The translations under genes and the position numbers were made by a program. Below the pieces are notes generated by a model. The model did not search any database. It was given only the letters and a program-made list of their open reading frames with translations, and was not told the DNA's origin. From a virus (Duplodnaviria > Caudoviricetes), in the IMG/VR virus record IMGVR_UViG_2884366220_000001, positions 8,305 to 72,304 of that record: a DNA stretch of 64,000 nt. One strand, 5' to 3'. This document shows, one piece after another, positions 39,301 through 48,458 of the stretch. The number at the start of each line of letters is the position of its first letter. The first letter of the stretch is position 1.

Positions 39301-39789
39301 ATGGGGATCGGTATTGCCGCCGTAGCCGCCCAGGGTATTCAGGAGATTGCCGCCAAAAAAGACGGGGGCTACACCGATATGCAGACGATGTACGGTAGTC
39401 CGTCGGGCTTTGTGCGTGATCCGACACTGTTCAATCTGGGCCGGCGTAGCTTCATTGCTGGCGAAGCCGGTACTGAGTTCGTCATCAATAACAAGGCGCT
39501 GTCTGATCCGGTAATCGGCAACTTCGCTCGGATGCTGGACGGCGTGCAGAAGTCGGGTAACTATACCAGTTTTTCGGCCATGCTCTCGGGAGCCAGCGGG
39601 GGGAGTACAAGCGCAGGTAACGCGGGCGGGGGAATGACGGCCGAGATGGGCCTGATGATCATCCGGGAATTGCAGGCTAACCGGGCTATGATGGAGCAGT
39701 ATGCCAACCGACCCATCGAGCAGAACTACCGGCTAACCGAGCAGTTTGACGAGAATATTCAAGAAGTACGGAAGGCGAACACGTTGTAA
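36334..39789 (+). CDS. Tail tape measure protein (TP901-like core)
   Basis: 1151 aa, helical; FADIEKATGL, AGQLG and ANPLGVVIAGL motifs; C-terminal AGEAGTEFVI. Confidence 0.9.
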   Translation: MARTQNERAIIDLVINGQQAKTSLKEVSLSITKMRSELNKMHEADDPALYAAKVREINKMIAAQREMTARINDTSTAWGRFKKEMATVATGVVGGNVITFMLQSLVNLIPQTIDRTMKLKDSFADIEKATGLSSEGVKRLNKELKDIDTRTTNQDLRDIAVAAGQLGVANDQLVSFVKNADMAVVALGDEFSGGVEQVAKELGGIAKLYKETQAMDTGEALSRIGSGLNELGAAGSATAPVVAEFVQRMGQLGNLAPSLAQTAGYGAALQELGMTAEIAASGLGKILMTGATKSDLFAQHLGKTKEEVEALINTNPDQFLKALALSFQGLSQTQVVQRMKELKLESDESIKVMSLLANQTDFVTKKQEIMASAFAENTSLAKEFEKKNYDLAKELKNLTEWFNGLFTSEGLQNFLAEAVHNTLEFTKSLSTAKRWFGENSVALYALATAAVAYNGATLAAVAATALDTLHQGYRKVAYELGFRWLVLQSSASTAYATVTGLLTGQITLQTAAVTLARTAWAAFNAVMLANPLGVVIAGLAAAAYAIKTLSDNTEAALRIEREKINLTRDLAKFHEQTNKVVAKYNELLAEYPKLSQEERAEMVKNLAMKRLELESQLTQLKARERHMEMLSAEPTLWQYLWATIKNGGNGAMIGNALVKQAADNMKAVRQQFAGGIEQLQGDIKKVDDIFLKMGSYNKPAGATGLRTIEDDTEKKQKKDKAVSDAKQDADDLERMLSDARRDALKSEETDYEKSVMAFAAKYTKMYELAKGNQAKIQEIERLSRVEMAAIDKARQEKEAAEMQKKLDKSNREAFGNTMDVADQRHSDAISGIERTQAMSPSAIGDAEVHMQKLQADQQYLTQKLLLEETFAQHSADTQRQLTENWNEQVKLRADTEHGYAEQMKQAEWALQDAKRAAMTQGLDVLKTFLGKGTLAYKAAIVAQKAYAIAQLIVDNQREVAQIYANPTWSLMPDGGLSLKTAAATASRIRMGIGIAAVAAQGIQEIAAKKDGGYTDMQTMYGSPSGFVRDPTLFNLGRRSFIAGEAGTEFVINNKALSDPVIGNFARMLDGVQKSGNYTSFSAMLSGASGGSTSAGNAGGGMTAEMGLMIIRELQANRAMMEQYANRPIEQNYRLTEQFDENIQEVRKANTL

Positions 39790-39791
39790 AC

Positions 39792-39831
39792 AAAGAGAGC
39801 CGTCCGTTTACTAAATCGGGCGGCTCTCTTT
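39792..39831 (+). terminator. Terminator ending late operon
   Basis: AAAGAGAGCCGTCCG...CGGGCGGCTCTCTTT. Confidence 0.75.
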
Positions 39832-39873
39832 ACGCATCGAACCGTATTTTTCGGATTCAACCAAAAACTGTTT

Positions 39874-40545
39874 ATGAAACAATTTTTCACACTAGTAACG
39901 ATTGCTTTATCTATAACTAGCTGTACCCTCTATCAGCCCCGCGTTGTTGATTGGCAAGATCCCTTTACAGGGCAAAAGTCACGTACTATGTCGGTTGGCG
40001 AGTCCGACCAGTCAATACTATTAGCCAGTATCGCCAATGCGGGACGCCCTTATTACGCTCCTGCCATTCGTCCGCTCGCTATCAATACGCTGATTGGTAT
40101 CGGTATTAGTGAAGGGGACACGGCTATGACGTTTGCCCAAGCAACCATTGACCGTAAGTACGATGTACCCGAAAACGGTACGATTGCTGTCAAATTTGTC
40201 GGTCCTAAGCGGGGCGGTTCCGGCGGTACGATTATCTATCTGCCGTTAGTCCGTAAATATCATACTTCAGCAGGGTCGTTGCGGGTGGTCGGTAAAGTAA
40301 ACGGGGCAGCCATGCGGGAGCTGGAACGCGGGGAAATCGAGATTGTGCGTGTAGAACCAGTCGTCGTCAACGAGTCTGATCCCGGCCCACTCGATTGGGT
40401 GCCCGGTCCCGATTATGCACAAGCCTTTCAGAAAGGTGTACCAATGTTGCTCAGTAAGAAAGTGCGGGCTAAAAGCTACGAGCCGCAGGAAACACCGCGT
40501 GATGACCGAGGATTGCTTCGGAGAATGAGCAAGAAAAAAAAATAA
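39874..40545 (+). CDS. Lipoprotein moron
   Basis: MKQFFTLVTIALSITS|C lipobox; flanked by terminators. Confidence 0.7.
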   Translation: MKQFFTLVTIALSITSCTLYQPRVVDWQDPFTGQKSRTMSVGESDQSILLASIANAGRPYYAPAIRPLAINTLIGIGISEGDTAMTFAQATIDRKYDVPENGTIAVKFVGPKRGGSGGTIIYLPLVRKYHTSAGSLRVVGKVNGAAMRELERGEIEIVRVEPVVVNESDPGPLDWVPGPDYAQAFQKGVPMLLSKKVRAKSYEPQETPRDDRGLLRRMSKKKK

Positions 40546-40548
40546 AGG

Positions 40549-40577
40549 AGCAGGCCGGTCGCATTGACCGGCCTGCT
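40549..40577. terminator. Bidirectional hairpin terminator
   Basis: AGCAGGCCGGTC GCATT GACCGGCCTGCT between convergent genes. Confidence 0.65.
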
Positions 40578-40595
40578 TGCGTTTATCGATGTTTG

Positions 40596-40934
40596 TCACT
40601 CGGCAGTCCAAACGTGGTACTGTTTCCAGCGCATGCCGAACTGCCTGCCCAGCGCGTCAACTGCTTCATGAATCCGTATCACATTCAATGGATATTCTTC
40701 CGTACCCGTGTAGGTAACGTGAAACTGGTACTGGTTGAGTTTGGTGTCTTTGCTGTCGATCTCCTCTTCGGTGAAAATTGTCCCATCGATCTCAACATGA
40801 AAGCTTACGGTTGAATCAAGGCTAATACCCAGCGAGCGTAGCCGGGGCTGTATGTGCAGCTGGTGTACCCGCAAGTCGGCGGCCGTGCCTGTGAAACTGT
40901 CGTAGAGTTGAAAATGGTAGTGTGTCAGCATCAT
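40596..40934 (-). CDS. Hypothetical protein
   Basis: 112-aa ORF. Confidence 0.55.
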   Translation of the reverse strand: MMLTHYHFQLYDSFTGTAADLRVHQLHIQPRLRSLGISLDSTVSFHVEIDGTIFTEEEIDSKDTKLNQYQFHVTYTGTEEYPLNVIRIHEAVDALGRQFGMRWKQYHVWTAE

Positions 40935-41010
40935 CCATCGCTTACCGGATTTGATAAAAAAGTTTTTTAGTACTTTTTAACGCGTCGACCGTCGGTGGTG
41001 TGCGTAGCCG

Positions 41011-43104
41011 TCAAACAGGTAGGTACACGCTGAAGGTGGCTCCTTGCCCCGGCTGACTACTGGCCGTAATGGCGCCCCCGTGATTGGTTATCACTTTCTC
41101 GCAGATGGCCAGGCCCACGCCCGTCCCCTCATACTGGCTCTTGCCGTGCAGCCGCTGAAAGACCTGAAAGATGCGGTCCAGGTACTTCTCCTCGAAGCCA
41201 ATGCCGTTATCGACTACCTCAATGCGTTCGTAGTAGGCCGTTCGCCGGATGGGCCTGACGGATGGTGGTAACTCCACGGCGTTTATTCGCTGACTGCGGA
41301 TCTGAATACGGGGCTCGACCCCGGGCCGACGGAACTTGAGGGCGTTACTAATCAGGTTTTGAAACAATTGGCCCAGCTGGGAGGTATCACCCGGTACCGT
41401 CGGAAGCTCGTCGATTTGCACCTGGGCACCCGTATTGGTAATCGCCATGTCCAGTACGTCCAGCACGTTGTTGATTAGTACCCGGAGGGATACTGTGTCA
41501 TCGCTATTGCGCTGAGTGGAAATGCGTGAGAAGCTCAAAAGGTCCCGAATCAGCGTCGACATCCGGCCAGCCGCCACCCGCATCCGCTCCAGATAACCTA
41601 ACTCTTCGGCACCAATCGAGTCGCCCAGGCGTGTTTTGAGCAGATCGCCAAACTGCTGAATCTTGCGCAGGGGTTCCTGCAAGTCGTGGCTGGCCACGTA
41701 GGCGAAGGTTTGCAGGTTGTCGTTGGAGCGGACCAGCAGGCTATTCGACTCTTCCAGTTCTTCGTTGATCGAAACATATTCTTCATTGGAGGCACCCAGT
41801 TCTTCATTGATGGCGGCTAACTCCTCGTTTGAGGCAATCAACTCTTCGTTTGCCGCAGCCAGCTCATCGGTACGCTCCTGCACCTGCTGCTCTAAAAACA
41901 GTTGCTGCTCCCGCTGGATGGTTATGTCCTGAGCGGTGCCTTCCAGCCTGACCGGATTCCCGGCAACATCGGTATAAACCCGGCCCAGGGCGTGAATGAT
42001 GACTTGCTGTCCAGTCCGGGCGTGAACGATTGAATGGACCACGTCGTAGCGCCCGTCTAAGCCCGGCCGCAGGGCGTTTGCCAGACTATCGCGTACCAGC
42101 CCGCGGTCAGCCTGGCCCACCCCGTTGATAAACGCTTCTGCGTCAGCGGCCAGGCTTTCGAAGCCAAACCAGCTGGCTACGCGGGGGGAGGTGGTGATGA
42201 CCTGGGTGGTTACGTCCACGCTAAACGTGCCTAGTTCGGCCAGTTCGACGGCGCTGTTTAAGACCGCTTCTTTCTCCGCCAGGGCCTGCTGGGCCAGAAC
42301 CTGCTCGGTGACGTCAATGGCAATATCGAGGATGGCGTACACCTGACCGGTGACGTCCCGAATGGGCGTGTAGGAAATGTTGTAATAATTGTCGTTGAGT
42401 ACCCCGTTCTGCACAATCTTGACCAGCGATGCCGGAGATATAAACGGCACACCCGTAGTGAACACCTCGTCCAGAATGGTCAGGAAGGGCTGTCCCTCGC
42501 TAAGCAGTTCGGGCATGGCTTCCCGCAGGGGTAAGCCTTCCACGCCGGGGCCCTTACCGACAATATCAATAAAGGTCTGGTTGGGGTATTCGATCACCAG
42601 ATCGCGCCCCACGAAAAGGCCGATACCAGCGGGGGCTGCCGCAATCAGGCTCCGCAACTTGGCTTCGCTCTCCTCCAGTTTCCGGTGAGCTACCACCTGC
42701 TGAGTCACTTCCTGAGCCACACCCGCAAGGCGCTGTAAATCACCAGCCGCTGTGAAATAAGCTCTTCCTTGAAAACGTACCCACCGCACCACTCCATCAT
42801 CTACCCCAATGGTGCGATAGGTCTGGTCATAGATCCCATCTGACTGAGGATCTAGTGACTGCTCTACAGCTGCGTTAACGCGCTGCATATCATCGGGATG
42901 AATATACTGAATCGCCTGCTCGTAGGGAATGAAATTGGTTTCAGCAATTCCGTACAGGGCCTGGCTCCGCTTGTCCCAATTGACCAGACCTGAGACTGGA
43001 TCAAAATCCCAGACGCCGAGTCCGGCTGCTTGAAGGACAAAATCAATGTCTAACTGCTGGTGTAAGTTGCGGGAGGAATCAAACGACGATTGGTGGTCGG
43101 TCAT
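41011..43104 (-). CDS. Multi-PAS sensor histidine kinase
   Basis: Three PAS/PAC domains; H-box FAYVASHDLQEPLRKI; N box NLISNALKF; G boxes DNGIGF and GTGVGL. Confidence 0.95.
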   Translation of the reverse strand: MTDHQSSFDSSRNLHQQLDIDFVLQAAGLGVWDFDPVSGLVNWDKRSQALYGIAETNFIPYEQAIQYIHPDDMQRVNAAVEQSLDPQSDGIYDQTYRTIGVDDGVVRWVRFQGRAYFTAAGDLQRLAGVAQEVTQQVVAHRKLEESEAKLRSLIAAAPAGIGLFVGRDLVIEYPNQTFIDIVGKGPGVEGLPLREAMPELLSEGQPFLTILDEVFTTGVPFISPASLVKIVQNGVLNDNYYNISYTPIRDVTGQVYAILDIAIDVTEQVLAQQALAEKEAVLNSAVELAELGTFSVDVTTQVITTSPRVASWFGFESLAADAEAFINGVGQADRGLVRDSLANALRPGLDGRYDVVHSIVHARTGQQVIIHALGRVYTDVAGNPVRLEGTAQDITIQREQQLFLEQQVQERTDELAAANEELIASNEELAAINEELGASNEEYVSINEELEESNSLLVRSNDNLQTFAYVASHDLQEPLRKIQQFGDLLKTRLGDSIGAEELGYLERMRVAAGRMSTLIRDLLSFSRISTQRNSDDTVSLRVLINNVLDVLDMAITNTGAQVQIDELPTVPGDTSQLGQLFQNLISNALKFRRPGVEPRIQIRSQRINAVELPPSVRPIRRTAYYERIEVVDNGIGFEEKYLDRIFQVFQRLHGKSQYEGTGVGLAICEKVITNHGGAITASSQPGQGATFSVYLPV

Positions 43105-43299
43105 AGGTATCGGAGTGCATAGTTGGCACTACGTAGGTGAACAAATTCGATGAAAGGGTACCTGCCAGCCGCGCGTATATAGTATGCAGTAGAGACACGG
43201 CTGGTTGTTTAGGAGTGACGCGAATGAAGTCACAGCAGTAGATAAGCTTCGTCAAGGGTGTTGCCGGTACACAAGGCCCGGCCATTAGACCAGGCTTTC

Positions 43300-43458
43300 T
43301 TATTTCTTATCTATCGTTGCTTCAAGTATTCGACTCAACTCATCTCCTGCAATATCGGCTAGACTGGTCCTCTCTGCCTTGTTCTTCTTTCTGATAAGCT
43401 GTAATTCCAGCAGTTTATCGTGAGCCTTATCCGTGATTGCAATTGTCAGCTTTTTCAT
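43300..43458 (-). CDS. Ribbon-helix-helix (Arc/Mnt-like) repressor, 52 aa, absent from ORF track
   Basis: MKKLTIAITDKAHDKLLELQ...TSLADIAGDELSRIL: beta strand plus two helices. Confidence 0.65.
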   Translation of the reverse strand: MKKLTIAITDKAHDKLLELQLIRKKNKAERTSLADIAGDELSRILEATIDKK

Positions 43459-43516
43459 GGCGCTAATCTATTACTATGAGTTGTAGTAAAAAATAGTTAA
43501 TAAAACATTTTGTTGC

Positions 43517-43564
43517 TAACTATAGATTGTTGTGATTTGTGACAATTACAACAATCTATAGTTA
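43517..43564. promoter_or_regulatory. Long inverted repeat between divergent RHH and KilA-N genes
   Basis: TAACTATAGATTGTTGT ... ACAACAATCTATAGTTA, perfect 17-bp arms. Confidence 0.7.
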
Positions 43565-44172
43565 TGAATAGTCAAATAATCAAGTTCTCTTACGAAGGAC
43601 AGGAGGTCGAGTTCGACACTAGTGATCCAAAACTGATGGTTAATGCAACCGAGGTGGCAAAAATTTTCGGCAAGCTAACGGCCGATTTTTTTCGCTTGGA
43701 TCAGACTAAAGCATTCATCAACGAGTGTCTGAATTATGGGAATTCCCATAATTCAGACGGCGAAAAAAACGGGCATTCCCGTTTTTTAGGTATCAATAAC
43801 CAAGATGATTTATACACGTCACGACGACGCTCTGGCACATGGATGCACCGAATTCTTGCGCTAAAATTTGCTGCCTGGCTTGACCCACGCTTTGAATTAT
43901 GGGTGTACCTGACCATCGATCAAATTATCCAAGGTCAGCATCCTCTACCAATTGAGCTACTGGCCGAGCGAAAGCAGATTCTGAACGAACGCAATTTCGA
44001 TGTAGAAGAGGCCAAACGAACGGAAGCTGAATTGTTGGAGAGCGATGTATTCCGTCGCTGGCAGGAACAACAAGGCCGAATCAAGTCAAGCAATACGAAG
44101 CTAAAAGCCTTTGACAGAAAGGTGATGGTTCAACTGGATATGTTTTCTAAGCCGCCAGTCAAGCAGGAGTAA
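43564..44172 (+). CDS. KilA-N domain protein (antirepressor-like)
   Basis: MVNATEVAKIFGK and GTWMHRILALKFAAWLDPRFELWV motifs. Confidence 0.9.
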   Translation: MNSQIIKFSYEGQEVEFDTSDPKLMVNATEVAKIFGKLTADFFRLDQTKAFINECLNYGNSHNSDGEKNGHSRFLGINNQDDLYTSRRRSGTWMHRILALKFAAWLDPRFELWVYLTIDQIIQGQHPLPIELLAERKQILNERNFDVEEAKRTEAELLESDVFRRWQEQQGRIKSSNTKLKAFDRKVMVQLDMFSKPPVKQE

Positions 44173-44334
44173 ATTGAAAAAAAGAGGGGAGTTTTAACCT
44201 TAGGGTTAAAACTCCCCTTGGCGGAAGGCATATTACTTACTCTTAGGAGTAAGTAATAAAAAAAGCCCGGCTGCTCGAACAGCCGGGCCAGAAGTCAAAC
44301 CGAAGTTTAACCACTCATTGAGCGTATCAAATTT

Positions 44335-44622
44335 ATGACTAATTACTTTAAGGGCAACGCGCCCATCATGTTCCAGCACCCGACTTCGGGCAAGCATGTC
44401 AACATCGAGCCCATGCTGCGGGCCATGTTCGAACTCTCCGATCAGGCGCAGGCTCAGCGCGATACGCCCCAAGTACTAGCCGAACTGGTCGAAAATGCCA
44501 TCCGGATGCTAGGTACGCGGGTGCCGGCGATGGAAGCCGATCAGGCCGTCGATTACAACCAGACCATGACGCAGCTTTATGACCTGCGCGATATGTTCAA
44601 CGCCATGTTTGTCACCCAATAA
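44335..44622 (+). CDS. Small hypothetical protein (paralog of 44946-45227)
   Basis: V.IEP.L...IR.L....L..L.DMF pattern shared with 44946. Confidence 0.6.
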   Translation: MTNYFKGNAPIMFQHPTSGKHVNIEPMLRAMFELSDQAQAQRDTPQVLAELVENAIRMLGTRVPAMEADQAVDYNQTMTQLYDLRDMFNAMFVTQ

Positions 44623-44634
44623 TCCACCGGTATC

Positions 44635-44790
44635 ATGGCTAAAAACACCACCAGAGCGCAGGTTGAAGGGCAGATTGCCCGCCTGGAGCAGAAGCTCATC
44701 ATTATGAAAAGCAAGGCCGATCTGCTCAGCAAGGGCATTACCTATACGGAGGAGAAACTAAGCAAACTCCGCCAGCAGCTGACTACGTAA
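44635..44790 (+). CDS. 51-aa coiled-coil protein, absent from ORF track
   Basis: MAKNTTRAQVEGQIARLEQKLIIMKSKADLLSKGITYTEEKLSKLRQQLTT. Confidence 0.55.
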   Translation: MAKNTTRAQVEGQIARLEQKLIIMKSKADLLSKGITYTEEKLSKLRQQLTT

Positions 44791-44945
44791 TCAAAAACCG
44801 CCCCCAGTAGCAACGAACCCGGTCAACTGGCTGGGTTCGTTTCATTTGGCTATTTCAAGTAAACGATATATAAAAACTAAAACATATTGAATATTATTGC
44901 TGTACAAACATTAATACGTTTTAATTCACTAGCAGTGCTCCGCGT

Positions 44946-45227
44946 ATGCGTACAACCGATCCCACCCGGGTTTCTGAGCCCCAAACCAACCTGCGTGTCG
45001 ATGTCGAACCCTTCCTGACGCTTCTAAACCAACTCGACATGCCCCCCGGCTCGCCCATCGGCGCAGGCGGAGCGGCCCTGATCCGCCAGACCATCCGCGT
45101 ACTGACCACCTCCGTCATCGACCCGCAGGTACACTCACCCGTCGACATGGCTAATCTGTACGCCGACCTGCACAAACTCGAGGATATGTTTCTGGCTACT
45201 ACCAGCCAGCCGCAGGATAACGAGTGA
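44946..45227 (+). CDS. Small hypothetical protein (paralog of 44335-44622)
   Basis: RVDVEPFL...IRQTIRVLTT...LYADLHKLEDMF. Confidence 0.6.
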   Translation: MRTTDPTRVSEPQTNLRVDVEPFLTLLNQLDMPPGSPIGAGGAALIRQTIRVLTTSVIDPQVHSPVDMANLYADLHKLEDMFLATTSQPQDNE

Positions 45228-45419
45228 AACCGAAGCCTGGCAACCGCCGGGCTGTTTTTGTTTTCAGGGGAATCAGGGACATCAGGGGGCGCTTTTTTTA
45301 TATAATCGACTGCCTGCTATTTATTTTCTACGCCGGGTTGGCCCGGTTGTCGTGCCTTATCGGTCGGTGTGGTCTGTTGTTGTATATTTGGTTTTCTTTC
45401 TACGACCGTACCTACCGTA

Positions 45420-47831
45420 ATGGCTGATCTGACTAACTCGCCCGAGTCTACGTTTGAAGCTGAAAATAGACGACTGACCTTTGCCCTGGCAGCGGCCGGG
45501 GTAGGGACCTGGGACCTGGATATTGCCAACCAGCGTGTCTGGTGGGACGACCGTTGTAAGCAGCTCTACGGCGTCGAGCGGGAATACGTGGTGCCTTATC
45601 AGGATGTACTATCGTACATACACCCCGATGACCGGGCGCGTGTCGATCAGGCGGTGCAGCGCGCCATTCAGCCGGCCTCCGGCGGGGCCTACGACATTGA
45701 GTTTCGCACGGCCGGTGCTGGCAAGAAGCCGCTGCGCTGGCTGCACTGCCGGGGGCAGGCTTATTTTGATCCGCAGGGCCAGCCAATCCGGTTCGCCGGC
45801 ACCGCACAGGACATAACCGAACGGATACTGGCCGAGCAAAGGACAGCCTCCGCCCAGCAGCAGATCCTGCATTCGTTTGCCGAATCGCCGGTTGGTATTG
45901 CCCTTATCGATCGGCATGAACTAAGGTTTCAAATGGCTAACGCCTTATATGGGCGGCTGGTGGGCCGGGAGCCCGACCAGCTGGTAGGTAAGCCGCTGCT
46001 GGAGGCCTTGCCTGAACTGAAGGGCCAGGGTTTCGATGACCTACTCCGGCAGGTGCTGGCCAGCGGCACCCCGTTCGCGGCCAGCGAAGTCGCCGTCGAT
46101 TTGATTCGGCAGGGTCAGCTCGAAACGATCTACGTTGATTTTAACTACCAGCCCCGGCGGGAAGCCGGTACGATTGTGGGTGTACTGGTTGTCGCTACGG
46201 ACGTAACCAGCCAGGTACGATCCCGGCGGGTTATCGAGCAGAAAGAAAGTCAGCTGCGTAGTCTGGTCGACAGTGCGCCCTTTCCGATCGGCGTGTACGT
46301 AGGTCCCTACCTAACGATTCAGCTGGCCAATTCTGCCCTGATCGCTATCTGGGGTAAGGGATCCGACGTAATTGGCAGACCGTACGCGGAGGTCCTGCCT
46401 GAACTAAATCCGGCTATCATCGCCCAGTTACTGGGGGTCTATGCCACCGGGCAACCCGTTTACCAGCGGGGTCAGCGCATCGATCTGCTGGTGGACGGGC
46501 AGTGGCAATCGATGTATTTCGATTACAGCTTTACCCCCCTGCGGGATGACGATAACCAGGTATATGGGGTTATGAGTACGGCGTTCGATGTAACGCCTGC
46601 TATTCAGGTTCGGCAGGCCCTGCAACGCAGTGAACAGCGGTTTCGGGCCCTGGTGGAAGAAGCCCCCGTGGCTACCTGCCTGTTTACCGGACCTACGATG
46701 CAGATCGAAGTGGCCAATCGGCCCATGATTGCTGTATGGGGTAAAGATGAGTCCGTACTAGGCAAAGCCCTCGTCGACGCGGTACCGGAACTGAAGGGGC
46801 AGCCCTTTCTGGCTATACTGGATGAGGTATTCAGAACGGGGCAGCCTTACTCGTCCCGCAACGCCCGGGCGGAACTGGAAGTCGACGGTGTGCTGGGTAC
46901 CTACTACTTCGACTTCGTATACAAGCCCCTGGTTGATTCGACCGGTGTGGTGTACGGTATCATGGACATGGCCATTGACGTTACCGAGCAGGTACTGGCC
47001 CACCAGGCGATCGAAGCGAGCGAAAGTCGTTACCGGCTGCTGGCTGCCGAACTGGACCAGCGCGTAACTGAACGCACCCAGGAGCTGCTCCACGCTAATC
47101 AGGACCTGAGCCGATCCAATGAGAACCTACTACAGTTTGCCTACATTGCCAGTCACGATTTGCAGGAGCCACTGCGTAAGATTCAATCCTTCAGTACGTT
47201 GCTGGAAGAGCGTTTCGGCGCCAACCTGGGCGAGGACGGGCGTGACCTGCTGGAACGGATGCGTTCGGCAGGGTCCCGGATGTCGCAATTAATTAAAGAT
47301 TTGCTCGTCTTTTCCCGCATTTCAACGCGTCAGCAAGCCTTTGGGTTGGTATCACTCAGCGACATCATGAAGGCTGTATTGACGACACTGGAGCTTTTGA
47401 TTGACGAACGCGATGCTCAGGTGGCTATCGGCGATCTGCCCGTGATTAATGGCGACGAGTCGCAACTGAGCCAGCTCCTGCAGAACCTGTTGACCAACGC
47501 CCTGAAATTTACCCGGCCCGACCAGCGGCCGGTGATCACCGTGACGGCTTGCCGTTGCGAACGTAGTGCACTGCCGGTTCAGTTGCGCCCAAACAGTCCG
47601 GTTAACCAGTTTTGGCAGCTCGACGTAACCGATCAGGGTATCGGTTTCGAGCAGAAATACACGGATCGTATTTTCCAGGTTTTTCAACGCCTGCATGGGA
47701 AACAGCAGTATGCCGGAACGGGCGTAGGCCTGGCAATCTGCCAGCGCGTAGTCGAAAATCATGGCGGTTGTATCGTCGCCCGCAGTGAACCGGGGCAAGG
47801 TGCAACATTCACCGTTTACCTACCTGCCTAA
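45420..47831 (+). CDS. Multi-PAS sensor histidine kinase
   Basis: Four PAS/PAC domains; H-box FAYIASHDLQEPLRKI; -7 box TATATTTG at 45383-45390 supports ATG 45420. Confidence 0.95.
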   Translation: MADLTNSPESTFEAENRRLTFALAAAGVGTWDLDIANQRVWWDDRCKQLYGVEREYVVPYQDVLSYIHPDDRARVDQAVQRAIQPASGGAYDIEFRTAGAGKKPLRWLHCRGQAYFDPQGQPIRFAGTAQDITERILAEQRTASAQQQILHSFAESPVGIALIDRHELRFQMANALYGRLVGREPDQLVGKPLLEALPELKGQGFDDLLRQVLASGTPFAASEVAVDLIRQGQLETIYVDFNYQPRREAGTIVGVLVVATDVTSQVRSRRVIEQKESQLRSLVDSAPFPIGVYVGPYLTIQLANSALIAIWGKGSDVIGRPYAEVLPELNPAIIAQLLGVYATGQPVYQRGQRIDLLVDGQWQSMYFDYSFTPLRDDDNQVYGVMSTAFDVTPAIQVRQALQRSEQRFRALVEEAPVATCLFTGPTMQIEVANRPMIAVWGKDESVLGKALVDAVPELKGQPFLAILDEVFRTGQPYSSRNARAELEVDGVLGTYYFDFVYKPLVDSTGVVYGIMDMAIDVTEQVLAHQAIEASESRYRLLAAELDQRVTERTQELLHANQDLSRSNENLLQFAYIASHDLQEPLRKIQSFSTLLEERFGANLGEDGRDLLERMRSAGSRMSQLIKDLLVFSRISTRQQAFGLVSLSDIMKAVLTTLELLIDERDAQVAIGDLPVINGDESQLSQLLQNLLTNALKFTRPDQRPVITVTACRCERSALPVQLRPNSPVNQFWQLDVTDQGIGFEQKYTDRIFQVFQRLHGKQQYAGTGVGLAICQRVVENHGGCIVARSEPGQGATFTVYLPA

Positions 47832-47973
47832 CCAACAAAATGGTTGCCTGGCAGCTGCATCCATTAAGTAATGGCGGGGGCAGTGCCTATTAAAAGTAAA
47901 CTGTTAGGTAGGTAACGTTGTTAACCTAATTCACTCGCAGATATTTATCGGCTCAGTGAATTAACTGATCGAT

Positions 47974-48396
47974 ATGTATATGTCTATACACCCAATTATC
48001 TTCGTCGACAATGATGAAGACGAGGATATGTTGATTGGTGGTATGCTTCGGGATCTTGCGCCGACTCATCCATTACTTCGTTTTTCTACGGCTGCCGCAG
48101 CCTTGGCCCATTTGAAGGTGGGTAATTCCCAGCCCTTTCTGATCCTTTGCGAAATCAACCTGCCGGGCATGAATGGCTTGGAATTACGGAAGGCTCTGCT
48201 GGCCGATGAGAAGCTAAGGAAAAAAGCAATTCCGTTTATTTTCCTGACCAATCCAATCAGTCCGGTCACTGTTGAAGAGGTTTACGAATTGCAGGTCCAG
48301 GGCTTGCTGGAGAAAAAGCTAACGTTAACTGAGCAGCGCCACGATCTCCAGTTAATCATTGCTTATTGGTCCCACTGCCGACGTCCCAATACATAA
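47974..48396 (+). CDS. Single-domain response regulator with Asp-to-Glu at the phosphoacceptor
   Basis: IIFVDNDEDE; LILCEINLPGMNG; PFIFLT. Confidence 0.85.
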   Translation: MYMSIHPIIFVDNDEDEDMLIGGMLRDLAPTHPLLRFSTAAAALAHLKVGNSQPFLILCEINLPGMNGLELRKALLADEKLRKKAIPFIFLTNPISPVTVEEVYELQVQGLLEKKLTLTEQRHDLQLIIAYWSHCRRPNT

Positions 48397-48458
48397 TCGT
48401 AAGCTTAGCCCGACCATTCATTTTCCCTACCTTGTAGCTAGCTAACGAACCAAAGTCA

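Noticed and set aside
1-39789. Gene transfer agent or tailocin interpretation
   Set aside because: Capsid, terminase, integrase, att site and variable cargo indicate an ordinary temperate prophage
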